A DNA stretch of 57,607 nt, the filler included, from Syncephalis fuscata S228 (taxonomy: Eukaryota > Fungi > Zoopagomycota): NCBI GenBank assembly GCA_025786725.1. It is 3 parts of 3 records of this genome, joined end to end, with 100 filler letters (N's around TTAATTAATTAA, not from the genome) between each part and the next. Parts side by side here need not be neighbours in the genome. Positions count along the whole stretch, not along the records: positions 18,704 to 43,707 come from JAHLTZ010000123.1; 2 more parts are not named here. One strand, given 5' to 3'. The translations under genes and the position numbers were made by a program. Under the pieces are notes generated by a model that was given only the letters and a program-made list of their open reading frames with translations, searched no databases and was not told the origin of the DNA. Shown piece by piece: positions 23,835-37,700 of this stretch (its first letter is position 1; the number at the start of each line of letters is the position of its first letter).

Positions 23835-24995
23835 TATCTTAGATATCGAAGATGGCAGTTGGTGTTTAATGACATTATTATTTTTATTGATGAATATGTT
23901 TATAATCGTTTTGTTTTGGTGTCAAATGACTTTTCAGTATATTCGCTATTATACTGAAATGCGTTCTACGATAATGAGTAGTTTTGGGGTCAAATAACTT
24001 TTGTTATATTTAATTAATTATTTTAATATACTCGCTATTTACTGATAGCTCGTTCTATAATAATGAGTAGTTTGGTATCAAATGACATCACTATTATAGA
24101 TTCACATATTAACAACACATCTCACAATCTACGTCACTACATTTCTCTTTCTCTTTCTTTACACTTGACAGCATATATCCATTGCATATATTTGTACACT
24201 CCATATATACCATCTAAATAGTATCAGTAGTTATTTGACTACTAGTTAGATACACACACCTTCTACACTATGTACTTGCCTTGCCTTTTGTAATTACCTT
24301 CATTGCTTTGATAATTGGTATTGGCAACTTCTTTGACACGGTAAGTGCATTCCTGGCTTGTTTTTATGTTATGTTGCATATATGCTGTGAAATCTCGTTG
24401 TATGCTTTGTCTTTACTGTGACTACCACTGCAGATCGCACTGCTGTATTGGCATTGAATAAATATTCAGCGGCTATACTAGCAGTGCTTTCAATATTGCC
24501 GCTGTTGTATATGCACGACTGCCAGCACGACGAATGTAACGACTATATGCTGCCAAAGCTACTATATACTTTGGATTGCTATAGCTTGCCACTCTAGATT
24601 GTGCTGGCAACAGCATACACAGTGGTCATACTAAAGTGCAATCTACCACTGTTTCCAAAACAATCTGCGGCGGCATTCTATAGTAAAAGCAGAGCATACA
24701 ACAGATTTGGCAGCATACAGTCACCGTAATCACCATGTACAGCTGCTATACACATACAGCAGCAATAGCAGCATATCGTACTGCTCGTATAGTCGCTGAG
24801 CAAGTTTTCAGTGCTGGAACAACAATGCGATCTACTGTTGTTGCTACTGTTGTATATGCATACAGAATAATAAATCTACAATAATGAGTATTTTGATGGC
24901 TGGTGTCATCCACCACCCAGCTCCATCTTTAATAAAACGAATGTCTAGTTCAATTATACCAATGTTATTAAATGTAGTCATTTGGCTCACAAACC
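23835..24995. mobile_element. Non-coding interspersed repeat copy 1 (putative non-autonomous element with subterminal tandem units)
   Basis: Tandem TTTGGTGTCAAATGAC...TTCTATAATAATGAGTAG units at 23835-24090. Body similar to 30330-31020. Inverted related module at ~24855-24995 also matches 51895-52030. Confidence 0.55.
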
Positions 24996-27884
24996 ATACT
25001 GAATGTTTAACAAACTTTTTAATAACAATAGCAGAAATTAATTAGTTAATTAAATCAGTGATACTATTGTTTAAATGAATAGTGTGCTTAGTATTGAATG
25101 TAGTTGTAGTCTAGTTATGTAACATCAATAAATTCAAACCAAATAAATAATATTACTTTAATCGTAAAGCAAATACTAAGCGTAAAATTAAATAGACAAT
25201 AGCAATGCTGCCATTAATATAATATCATATTGTGTCAATAAACATTCCATACACTTTGTTAAAATCATTTAGTTCAACATACATAATATCCTTCTTTGCT
25301 ATTACTGATGCTTCATTTATTTAACCAATACATTCAAAAGCATGCAATAACAGCACCAATCAACACTTGGTGGGGTAAAAAACCAAATGGATACACATTT
25401 CTTTCATTTGGAAAACCGTACCAAGCGATAGCACTAACTACAATATACAATACTGCAGTTGATACTTGTGTAAATAAAGGCAATTATCGGTATTGTAGTT
25501 GCATGCAGAAACAATGGTGCATGATAAAAATATAGCCCAAATGTATCTGCTGACTGGCACCAATGCTTGAATGACTGTAGAAAATGTTTTAGTATTGCTT
25601 AGTAGTAATATAATATCATACATCTAGTCAGCTGCTGTTCATATATGATTCATAGTGTACATGTAGTGTGGTTGTTTGTTGTTTGGATAGTGTTATTTTA
25701 AGTGTTATACAAACTAGATAAAAAACAAGTTGAAAAGTTGTTAAAAGCTGTTAATCGAGACAGCAGCTAATAAAGAGACTATGCGTCCACCGGGAGTACT
25801 GACAATACTACGACTTGGGCATAAGTACCATTTGCCAGATGCACATAGCTTTTATTAGCCGCCACCAAGATGACGATGCTGTTTATAAATGTTATAATAT
25901 ATTATAGCAATCTAAATGCAGCAATAAACATTACAAAACTACTGGTTCACCCAATTGTAGCTGACGTTTAAAGACAAACATCTATGAATACTACAGTAAT
26001 TACAACTAAACAGCATATTGTTATATGCTGATGCACTATTAAAGATTGCAATATAACAGCTAGTCTACGCCACGCTACAACTAATCGTAGAATACCATCT
26101 ATTCCTGCGACACGCCCCGAGGTTGCCCTATTTATTTGGTCCCCAGCGGTGGATTTCAGGTCTCTAGATGATATTGCGACTAACGCTATACTGCAATCAT
26201 TTAACAGCGCCCACAAGTAAACAGTAGTTGATATATGGCACTCATCACAAATGATCCACATATCACACCAATCTAGTGTGCGATGGCAGTGTTCAGCAAG
26301 TTGACTACTGCCACACACCTCCAGCGCGCATTACAAACAAGTGGACACTAACATATAGCCACCCATCACAGGTCACCGCATCAACATGAGGGGGCGTACA
26401 GCAATACTGACTTGCTAAACACTGCTACTGCACGCTCTAGCATCCCACATGTCTCCGCACTACACTAGTATACAATCGCCTATCACAGGCAACCATATAA
26501 TTATTGAGCCAGTACAATACAATAGTCTGCAATATCATATTACACATTCAATACAGTACACAAGTAAGAACACAGTATTTCATGGTCAACCAACAGGGGG
26601 ACCACACGCCACTGGATGTAGCTACTAGACTTGATGCTCTCCATTAACAAACGGTTTACAGCACATCAACAACTGGAAACAGAAGAAGGCGAGATAATGA
26701 GCAAAAGTGTTCCATGCGCGTCCTTATAAACCTGGTCTAAACATCTACCAATTGGAATGGACAATATAGGCAAGAAAGCATGTGGTGGCTGTCTATTGGC
26801 GTATTGCACCCGTTGAGCTATTCTAGTACACAGTGCTATCTGTAACACGTCATTCATCCCACTTGACTTGTATTGCCATATATAATTGCTAGAATGGTAA
26901 ACTGCTCATTTATTAAAGATGTGTAAATAAAATAGTTTATACTATAGATACATTGCTGGTATAGCACTTTGTTAGCTAATTAAAAGCATCAGCTCATATG
27001 TTGTGGTGAAACTGATGCGTGTAATTAACGGCCAGTATAAAGAACTGGGGAAATACAGGTAAACGTGATACGATGGTAATTGTATTTATCCTCTTATCAG
27101 TATATCAATTACATTCCTGCCTGCCTTTGCTTACATCCGCCTTCCATTCTATGTCAGTCATGTTCTGCGCAAACTGCCACGTCATTTGCAACAATTAGTT
27201 CCTTTGAATTGCCTAATGCTATCTAATCAAACGTGCTATTTTATTCACGTCGTGTTACTATACTAGCAGTATCTTTAGATGTTAGCAAATGGCCCACTTT
27301 TTCAAAATGCACCCGCCATTTCGCACACAATCAAATTGGTCGATCCACACAATATTTATTACTTTTATTAATTAAACAAAGTGGCTTTTCCTTTAAAAAT
27401 ATGGTATATCACATAATCTGCCGATTGAGTTTCAATATTGTCAAATGGAAATAAAATGCAATATGATTATAATATATTGCAAAAAGTATGCTAGAATTAA
27501 TTGGCTGAAAAGAAGAATATACGCGTAATCTTATTGACTGCAAGGATCAATATGCAAACCAGAATGATGTAGCCATGTATGTTGGCCAAATAGTCATACA
27601 AGTTGTCGATAAACGCGATAGTTTGCTTTACAGCTTACAAACACAGCAATAATATTAGTAACTGAATATGCTACAAGTGCTACGTTAAATATCTGCAAAA
27701 TAAAACACTATTATTGTACTATTGTCTTGAATGCTCATCATATCTTAATACTGTACGTGTATTTAAACTCATGGAAAGCGTGACGAACATGTTTTACTTT
27801 ACTTTTTGTTATCATTTTCTTTTAACGTTCATTTTCAATTGAAGTCTACTCGTTTTAACATCTGTATCCAATATTGCTAACACC

Positions 27885-30185
27885 ATGAGTTCTCAAGATA
27901 ACAATCAAACCTCCACTTTTGCTTCTACATCCGCTGCCCTTACTCCGGCTGCAGTTGCCGCAGAACTGCCACCAAATCTTCTATGTGATGAGGATTTGAT
28001 GTATTATAATGTTCCTGACTGTTGGAACGATTTGCCGAGAGAAGAACGCGTCGGCATTGTCGCATGGGCTGAAGTCTGTGAAGCAACATCCAGCAGTATG
28101 TTAAATAGCATTATAAATATATACAGCTAAATATTATTTAGACATAGTGCTGTTAAAAACTCGACCTTATTACTTTGGAACAGATGAATACCGGTAGCTA
28201 TTTAAATGTATTTATGAAGTAATAAACTAGCATTATATTTATATCCCACAGCAGATATCGCTTTGCTAAAGAACCAATGCCAAATGGTTATTTCAAATTG
28301 TTGGTGGTAAGTACATTATACGCTTTTATAAACTGGCATTAACTATGAATTAATCTAGAAAAATGGCATTGTTACATGTGTAGTAAGCAAGTAATTATTT
28401 AACATTTTATTACTAACCAGTAATTTAGAATATTAGATTGTCTAATTTAATAGGTTAGTGTATATAAATAATATTAGTTAAGTTGCTAACACTTGCTTTA
28501 GTTAATGGTACTGAATTGCGTGCTCTTGAGTCAAAAAACTTTACCGGAGATTGTATCATTAAAATGCCAGGAAGAGAAAGTAAGTGACAAATTATTTTTA
28601 TTAACATTTCTAACCTTGCATAACAGTAACAGTTAGCATCCGTGTTATTAAAAGTTTAACACCCGTCCAAGTAGAAGATAGCTTGGAATACGAAGAGGTA
28701 AGTCTATAAGCATATTTGAATATTACTGATATACCATTGCTATTAATACTATAGAAAATCAACGCGCGGTTTATGATTACCGATAAGTCTATTGGAAAGT
28801 AAGTAATTAAACTAAACTAACTAATTAACTAATCGATTATTTGCAATAGAGGTGCACTCGGCAAAGTTTATTTAGGATTTGACCGCAGCACAGGTCGGCG
28901 TGCTGCGGTCAAAATCTCAAAAAAAGAGCGTGGCATCGACGCCTTCAATCACGAAGTCTCCGTATTACGCAGAGTGGGCAACCACTCTAACGTAATAAAA
29001 TTGCTTGATGACAAAATCACCGCTTTGAACACGTACTTATTTCTTGAGTACGCGGCAGGCGGTGATCTCATCGATTACATCATCTCTAAATCCGCGCTTC
29101 CAGAGATGGAAGCGAAACATATCTTCAAACAACTGCTTGAAGGCATCGAGGTAAGTATTATTATAAAAACATTAATCAAGCACTAACACTTTATTAGTAT
29201 CTTCACAGCAAAGATGTTGTACATTACGGTAAGCACACTGATCTATTAATTAATACAATTACTAACTGTTACTACTGTTGTTACTGCGATCACTACTATT
29301 TAGATATCAAGGTAAGTAGTTTATTTAATATTTAACATCATTACTGACAGGTAAGCAGCCCGACAACGTGCTGTTGTTAGATGGACAGGAATGTCCCAGA
29401 GTCGTATTTGCAGACTTTGGGATGGCACGCCCCCTCCTCTCCTCGCCCACTGTGACCGCTGCTTATGGCACAGTGTCCTATATGGCACCTGAAGTGCTAT
29501 TGGGATCTGATGCGCGGGAGAAGATGTTTGCTATTATCAATAGCACACCAGGGGCTGCAAGTCAGCTACCTTCGGCATTGTTGGATGCCAAGGGATACGG
29601 AAAGCCCGCCGACATGTGGAGCTTGGGAGCCACACTCCACACAATGTTGCTAGGTAAGTGCAAACAGAAACAACCATATTATACTAAACTATCATATACT
29701 ATCAATCAGGAAATTGGCCGTATGGATCTACAAATAACCAATCTGTGTATATGAGAACTATACTACAACATTCGCCGACATTTGGTCAGGAAAAAGCCAA
29801 CGGGCCAAGCAAACAAGGTAAGTTAATATATTTTATTAACAACAACTAATACATTGCAGCCGTTCAATTGATGAAGCGGTTACTAGACCTTGACAGTGGC
29901 ACACGGTATACAGCCAAGCAGGCACTAGACAGCTCTTGGTTTGATGACGGGAAAGAACAAATAGATGCAGCTATACCGTTTGACGCTACTTCTCCGAGCC
30001 AAGAAGAACCAGCGGTGTCAACAACACCAATAACACCAACAGTAACACCAACTACACCGCCTGCACCTGCCGCAGCAATAATACAAGCGCCAGCAAAGAA
30101 GAAGCAGCGTCAGTCGGCGCTCAAGCTTCCGCTACGAGTGCAGCCACATCGTCAGGCCCGTCTTGGCAAAAAGTATTATAAATAA
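27885..30185 (+). CDS. Ser/Thr kinase, CAMK/Chk2-Mek1-like, with probable degenerate N-terminal FHA region; >10 introns
   Basis: GRGALGKV, AVK, LEYAAGGDL, spliced HYDIKPDN, DFG, GTVSYMAPE, DMWSLG, RYTAKQAL. Confidence 0.85.
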
Positions 30186-30329
30186 ACGGTAAGAATTTAC
30201 TAACAATCATACAAATTATAATATTGACGTGTATTTAGTTGTTCTATATCTTTTACCATTACTTGCATATATATATAAATAAACATTGTTCCATAGTCTA
30301 TAATGCGATGAGAATTGATATGTTTTGTA

Positions 30330-31020
30330 ATAATGATTTTGGTGTTAAATGACTTTTATTCTTTTAATACATTTACTATTATACTGAATATATGTTTTAT
30401 AATAATGAGTAGTTTTGGTGGTAAAATGATTTTTATTCTTAATGCATTTATTCATTTACTATCAATCTGTTCTATGATGTACCGACATGTTGGGTAGATT
30501 GACTTTTATTATTTACACTTCATTTATTAATCAATTAAACTCGGCTGTTTATAAATATTGACTGGCAGGCTCACATCTCACAATCTACGTCATCACATTT
30601 CCTTTCTCTTTCTTCACACTTAACAGCATATATCCATTGCATATACTTGTACACTCCATATATGCTAACTAGATAGTACCAGTACTTGACTGGCTACTAG
30701 TCAAGTACAAACACCTTCTACACTATGTCTTTGCCTTGCTCTTTTGTAATTACCTTCATTACTTTGATAATTGGTATTGGCAGCTTCTTTGACACGGTAA
30801 GTGCATTCCTGGCTTGTTTTTGTGTTGTTTTGAATATATACTGTGAAGTCTAGTTGTATGCTTTGCTTTGCAATCTCAATAATAGCAACATGCTCTGTTA
30901 CTGCCGAGACAATATAGGCTACGGTCAGAGCAATATACAGTGGCAATCTATATTAAAGGCAAAGTATACAACGGATTTAGCAGCATATAGTTGCCAAAGT
31001 AGTCGCGTACTGCCGTTAGA
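30330..31020. mobile_element. Non-coding interspersed repeat copy 2 (internally deleted relative to copy 1, same orientation)
   Basis: 30572-30870 aligns by eye with 24116-24410 (CACATCTCACAATCTACGTCA...GGTAAGTGCATTCCTGGCTTGTTTTT). 30940-31010 aligns with 24670-24745. Confidence 0.65.
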
Positions 31021-31751
31021 ATGATAGCCGTATTGTGTATGTGCGTAGTTACTTCTCCGTTGATTGTCTTTCTCTTCAATCGCCTGAACAATCTCACTCA
31101 TCAGTATTTCTTTCTAAGCACCAGTATTTGTACGATACTATGTTGGAGTTTCATTTTGCACTGTTTTCTGGCCCAATACTGTGACTGGCACCAGTGTTTG
31201 TTATGGATTATTGTAGAGCATTTGTTTGCAATATATCCTAATAATCTCACTCAAAATATGTCATTTTTAATTTATAAATCAAATATTGCTATATTTATTC
31301 AATTAAGCATGCTATCAACAAACATATATAAAATCATACAAATTATTGCGTATTTTAGTGTATATTCCAAAATGTCTTTTGTATACTTATTATTGAATCA
31401 ATAATCATTCATTAAATTGCTTGGTAATAACACTGACAACCAGCACCACTTTGTTGTTTTGCACGATTAAAACTATCAAATAGTAAACTTTATTTTCTGC
31501 TTCAAACTATCTGCATTTTGCTCAACTACTACTCTTGTAACTGTTATGTTGTATAGATTTAAAGATATTGTATTGCTGCTTGTGTTCATGATACTATGCT
31601 ATGATTCAAATTATAAATATTTTTAAAAGGAATGCCTGCATTTATCATCAATAGTGTTTGTTATGTATATTTTATTATTAAAGTTAATCTTTAAATCGCT
31701 TCATATATTTTTATGTTTATCCTGCTCCTTGCTTATACTATGCCGATTTGC

Positions 31752-34700
31752 TTATGAAATAATGTCGTAGACTTGGCCGACGCGTTGAAGGAACCGATGC
31801 ATCGTACGACGCACTTCTTTGGCCGGTGCCTGTTCAAGTAGTTGGATTACTTGCTCATAAAGTGTTGGCAAGTTACGGCGGAACTAAACAATACAAATCA
31901 TTAATAAGCACAATATATGTATACAAGTTAGTAAAGTTCAAATAGATATATGGTACAATTAAATACAGCTCACTACGTTTCTCCTATCTTCTCTATACTA
32001 ATAGCTGGTTTGATACTTGCCTTATCGTCGGACAATTCGCTAAATGCCGTTAAAATACCTACAACGACCCGGGAAAACGCATCGGTGCGAGGACCAGCCT
32101 CAACACCAACCGTTAATAGGCTGTATCGATGCAGCGTATCCATACTAAGTCTAATCGGTATTAATGATTCAAAATGATTTGACAATACATTATATTGTAA
32201 GTATGTATATATATATGCGTGTGTGCGTGCTACATCACCACCCCTACTAATACTTACGGGAAAAGTCGTCGTTCTGTTTCGGTCTCTTGCAATACTAAAC
32301 GCTCACTTGTATCCTTGTACATGACGAGTAACATGTGAATACATCCAGTTAAACAACCAATCTCTTGTTCAAGCAATTGAGGCATCAATGCAACAAATCC
32401 TAATAACCATAATAAAATGATTAGATCCGCTATAGATTATAAGTATGTATCATTTCGCTTACCAGGGTGACTTTCCATAAATTGAATGGATTTGTTAAAC
32501 TTTTGTGCTTGTCGGTAACAACGAGCGACTGCATCTACCAAACTGAATAGGTGGTCAACTTGCACGGCTGCATAGGCCGGACCGTTAAACATATCACGCA
32601 CTGTTTGAAGTATCGTCAACTGCAGTGTACAGTACATACTACACCGTTGCACATCCGTCAATTCAGAGGCAGGTGGCGGTGCTGGCGGTGCTGTATTCGA
32701 ATTGTTCTCTGATCGTTTGTTATTATTCTGATTACTAGAAAGTACAGCATAGGGACTTGTCGTCTTTAATAGCCTAACAAATGTCATGCATACTTGACTC
32801 CACGTCTCCTCTTCTAAATGATTAACATTGCGTTCAATTAGTTCAAGTAAACAGCTACAACCAGCCTTGGCAATTGTTTCATCATCTAATAAATAGTCAT
32901 AATTAGTATATATATATATATATACCATTACTGATCCTTAATTATTCTACCTTGAGATACACAGGCACATAACAAGTCAAATAGGCGGTCAAGTAGGGGA
33001 CGTAGTATTTCAAAGTAAAAAGTAAATAGATTAATAACATTTCTTAATGCCTTAATCAGTGTTGTAGAGAACCAGACGGTCATGTCTTCAGCACTGGCAA
33101 ATCTCGATCGACGATTGGGTGATTTAATATCGTTAAAGATAGGAAATACAATGCCGTCAAAGATGGATGTCCATAATGTTTGACTAAAACCGGCACCGTG
33201 TTTACGAAGAGCATCAAATAAAATATCCAATGCACTATTATAGATTCAATTTAATTCAGTATTATGTCATTATACTAATAGTGCAAGTCTTACCGTGTTC
33301 TTACTTCCAAGTCACTACAATCCATAACTACTTCAAATAGACCAAATAGAATAGGAATCCATATACGTTGTTGTCGGTCATCGGTATGAATCTGTGATCG
33401 TGAAAAGTTGCCCGAAGCAATAAGCGAGTCGAAACTAGGTGTTTGTTGATCTGTAATACGATCCATGATTTGTCGGAACATTTCAATTGATTGTAGACTG
33501 GATTAAGATATTGATTAGTCTTATCAAATTATTTACACTGAATTATTTACCTAATCTTTTGATAACGACCATTACGACAGAATTCAATAAAACAGGAAAC
33601 AAGATCAGATAAACTACCATTCTCAACAACAGCCGCATAATGCTTTGTAAATATAATCTTGACATTATTAAATGCCATGGTTACAATTGATTCTAATTCA
33701 TATTATTATTATTATTATTATTTAGTATACTATTTCTAACAAGTAATTACCATCCATATCTTTGGCTGCTTCCACAAATGCATTTAATATTGTTTTCCAA
33801 CCCGATCGAATATTATTAGATCGCGCTGCAATCATCTGATTAAGACAACGAATAACCTATAATATATATATATTAATACATATTCTATTCTATCCTTATA
33901 ATAACCACTTACCATATCACGAATGGACGGATCTGTACTATGTGATATAATATGTACAAATGGTTTAAGAAATTCTCGTTGGAATTTGAAATTCGATAAT
34001 TCTTCCTTTTCCAAAAACTTCATCGACAATTGACGCAAAGAATCAATGGCAAAAATACACGCATTCTGTTGACTATGACTTCCCACCTAAACAAATAGAC
34101 CATATAATTATTATTGTTATTGTTATTATAAATTTAGTCTATTAATGACGATACTTACTTGTATAAAGTGTTCACCAATAATTGACCAAGTATTTGACCA
34201 CTCCAAACGAATACGATTCATATTATAGTATGAAATTTCTACTAATTTCTGTAAACTAAATATTCTTGGATGATCAGTATGTGACGATGACTGAATCTCT
34301 TCCCAAGATATTTGACTAAGCGCTGCTACAAAGTGTTTAATTGCCGTCTATTCAGTCATATGGTTATCATTAATATAATACTATTTATAATTAACTTACG
34401 CCTGATAATTGAGCACTTGTAGTAAATATCCGATCTACCATAATGACTACCTCTTGTGATGATGCCTCTAATGCTGTCTCTTCATCATACATAGGCTATA
34501 AACAATAGGGTAGATTAATACGTATTCAACTATTAACGGAAATACGACTACTCTTACCGCGGATTGATTAGATCGAGATGGACGTCGATTCATTGGTGTA
34601 GATATAGTTGCATCACCTTTTGCCCTATGAGATAGCTCGGGCACTTTATCTTCATCAACACCACCGGTAGTAATAAGCTGTACCCGTTCCAGTCGACTAA

Positions 34701-37700
34701 CACAATACAGTACATCTTTCCACGATTCATTTAGTGAATTGCCTTCAGCCAGGGCAATTTCAAGTAAGCATTTAATGGCTTTGGCATTTTTAGGCTTCAT
34801 TTCATTTAGATTACTTAAATGAGTGAATTTAGCCAGGGTTGATATAAAGGCATCTCGTGCCAAATCCATTTCAAATGCCGCCACAATATGAACTGCTAAT
34901 TGGAAACCTTCAAGACACATGCGTATAATGGTCACATCATTGAGTTTGTAATGGACTGCTAAGTGCGGCAAGGAATGCCATCCACGGTATTTCAAACATG
35001 GGTTTAACATGATCGGCATGTGAAGCATTAAAGAAAGTAACACTTTCCTGTATAGTGGTCATTTTACGTTGTCGATTTCGACGCATACTACGAAATACCG
35101 CCTATATCCATGGTATCCATTATATTATATTTATATAAATTGTTGTATTAAATACATTACCTCGGTCTTTACCGCCAATTCTTCTGATACCATGGATATG
35201 CTTCTCGTTTCTGTCTCTGGCTAAGATGTTCAAAGTCATATCGCTGTTCCACACCACCAGTTGCTTTACGAACAGTTGAATCGTTGGCATCGTTCATCTT
35301 AATCTCATTATCTCTAATCTCGTCAAAGATCGCTTCCAAATAATCAATAGATATGTCGGCACCATCATTAATGCCTCGATTATTACGTATAAATTCTTCT
35401 TTGGTCATTCGCTTTTTAATTTGTCGATTATGTTGATCGGTGTTAAGCAGTATCACCGAGTAGGCCAGTACATAGGCCGCATCTATTAAAATTACAAATA
35501 TAATATAACAGCCAATCTATTAGTAATCTATTTAATCGTAATTACCACACACACACTCTCTCTCGCTCTCCTCTTTCTTACCGGCATTGGCAAACTCTCC
35601 TAGATTGTACATAACATAACGTTCAGCGAATTTAAGCATAAATCGATCAATTTTCTGTGCTTCTCCAGGAAGACGAAATGATTGTAGAAATATTCTTAAT
35701 GCTGATACAAAGCTTAAATTACGGAAATCCATCATATCAACAAAAGCATGCATAATAGCAATATTCTCAGTTTCACTATATAGATATAGATATAGATATT
35801 AATATTAATATTAATAAAAGACTTTATACTATAACTTACCCTTCACCCAAGTATTCACCAATCATTGTCTTATCAAGTCCATCGGTATTTAGTAAAAAGT
35901 GAGCAACATCTTGAGGACTATTACTTGGAATAATACCCGAATCAAGTAATGTTCGAATGCCCTAATATATATACATATATATATATACATATAGATTACT
36001 ATGATGATAATGAATAATTAGGCTTCTATAAAACTTACCTTTTTAGGCTTCCATGCAAACAATCGAACACCATCTTCAAGTCGTTGCTTTCGCTGTTTCC
36101 GATGACTAAAGTGCTCAGGATCATCATTTGTAATGGTCGAAGTAGTATCGGGTCCATTAGATGGCTGTGGAGATTCTTCGGCCACCATAATAGAATCAGT
36201 ATCACCCGGTCCAGTACGTACCGTATCGATTGAATTACGCGATGAGCGATATTCATTGATAGACCGTTGATCAATAATACTACTTTGATCGGTCGCGGTA
36301 TGGTTATTGGCACCAGTACTGCCATTACTCGTTATACGTCCATCGCTACTTTTATCACTCCAATTAACGAGTGACCGTAGAATGGATACCAGTGATTCCA
36401 GTGCTTTGTATCGAATAGATACTTCGGCAGTGGCAATGTTACCGGCTGATCCCATGGCAGCCGCGGTGGTTGCTAAATGGCCTTGTACTGATGCTGAAGT
36501 AAGTGGCATAGCAGCAGAAATAACTGCCGCAGCCGGTGCATTCTGTAGTGTAATATTACTGCTTTCATGAGCCAAAGTACGAGAAGTCGTTGTCTTGGAC
36601 AACACATTAACCAGTCTATTTATACCTGATTAATATAAATATTATAGCTATACACTATTTACATACCGTTCATAGATATTACCCAATGCTTCACGGTCAC
36701 AGTCATAATTAAGATAAAGCTCAACGAGCATTTGTGGTGAATCACAAATACGTGTAAGTACACTAAGCAGAGCCAGTCGCTGCTGGAATGGTGAATTCTT
36801 CATTTCCAAGATAGGTAGAAATATTTCTGTAAAGAATACTTCAATTTCTTTCTATTTAACATAGTATCGTAGTAATAGTAATTAGTAATATATATATATA
36901 TATATATATAATGTGTTGTATTACCTTTAAAAACATTCGGAAATTGCATAATACTTGCCAAAATAATTCAAGAGCACATTCAAATACTGCCGGAATAACC
37001 GATACCAAATTACGACTTAATGTTAGACATAGATGCTGTTTAATCGTTGTAATAAATGTAGTTGTCGTGGTGGTTGTACTAGATGGATTATTGGCATGGG
37101 TGGTAACCACGGCTACAGGGGCTAGAAATACTAGTTGATGTGCGGCCAATACATCCAATACTAAGTGTAAGGCCAGTAATTTAGATCTCATAGATAATGA
37201 GCGAAGATCGGTGGCACTATAATGGTTATTAAGGTTAATATTAATTACCACAGTATATAATAACCGGTATAATGAACTAATTACCTATCATTAGGTACTG
37301 GTTTCATAGACAGTTTACACAAGGCTCGGAATACTAAATAAGCATCTCTAATTTCTACATCAGTCGATGAAAGTGATGAAGCTACTGAATCAGTAGTCGG
37401 TTGAGTACTATGATGCTGATTCTGATTACTAATAATAATTACATTAATGGTAAATATAAATAGAATAGGGCAACTTACGATGCTTCATTCTCTACACTTG
37501 TGGTATCATTTAACGTAGATTCACTATTTTTTGTTCATCTTGTTCTGTTGTTGATGTAGTAGGAGCATGCTCATCCCCTTCTTGTCCATTTAACCCTACT
37601 GAATTAGTTGTATCTTCAGAGTCATGGCCAGTAATGTGTTTCGGTGCATTGTCCTCTTCATCGGCAGTAATAGTAGGTGTGGCCAATTCACCTTCTTCAA

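Noticed and set aside
23835-31020. LTR retrotransposon defined by the direct repeats
   Set aside because: No gag/pol remnants, PBS or TG..CA ends recognised; the interior holds an intron-rich gene.
34940-35200. Programmed frameshifts or pseudogenisation in SEC7 (and SET1 at ~42485-43480)
   Set aside because: Conserved genes with otherwise intact motifs; single-base indels are best explained as consensus errors.
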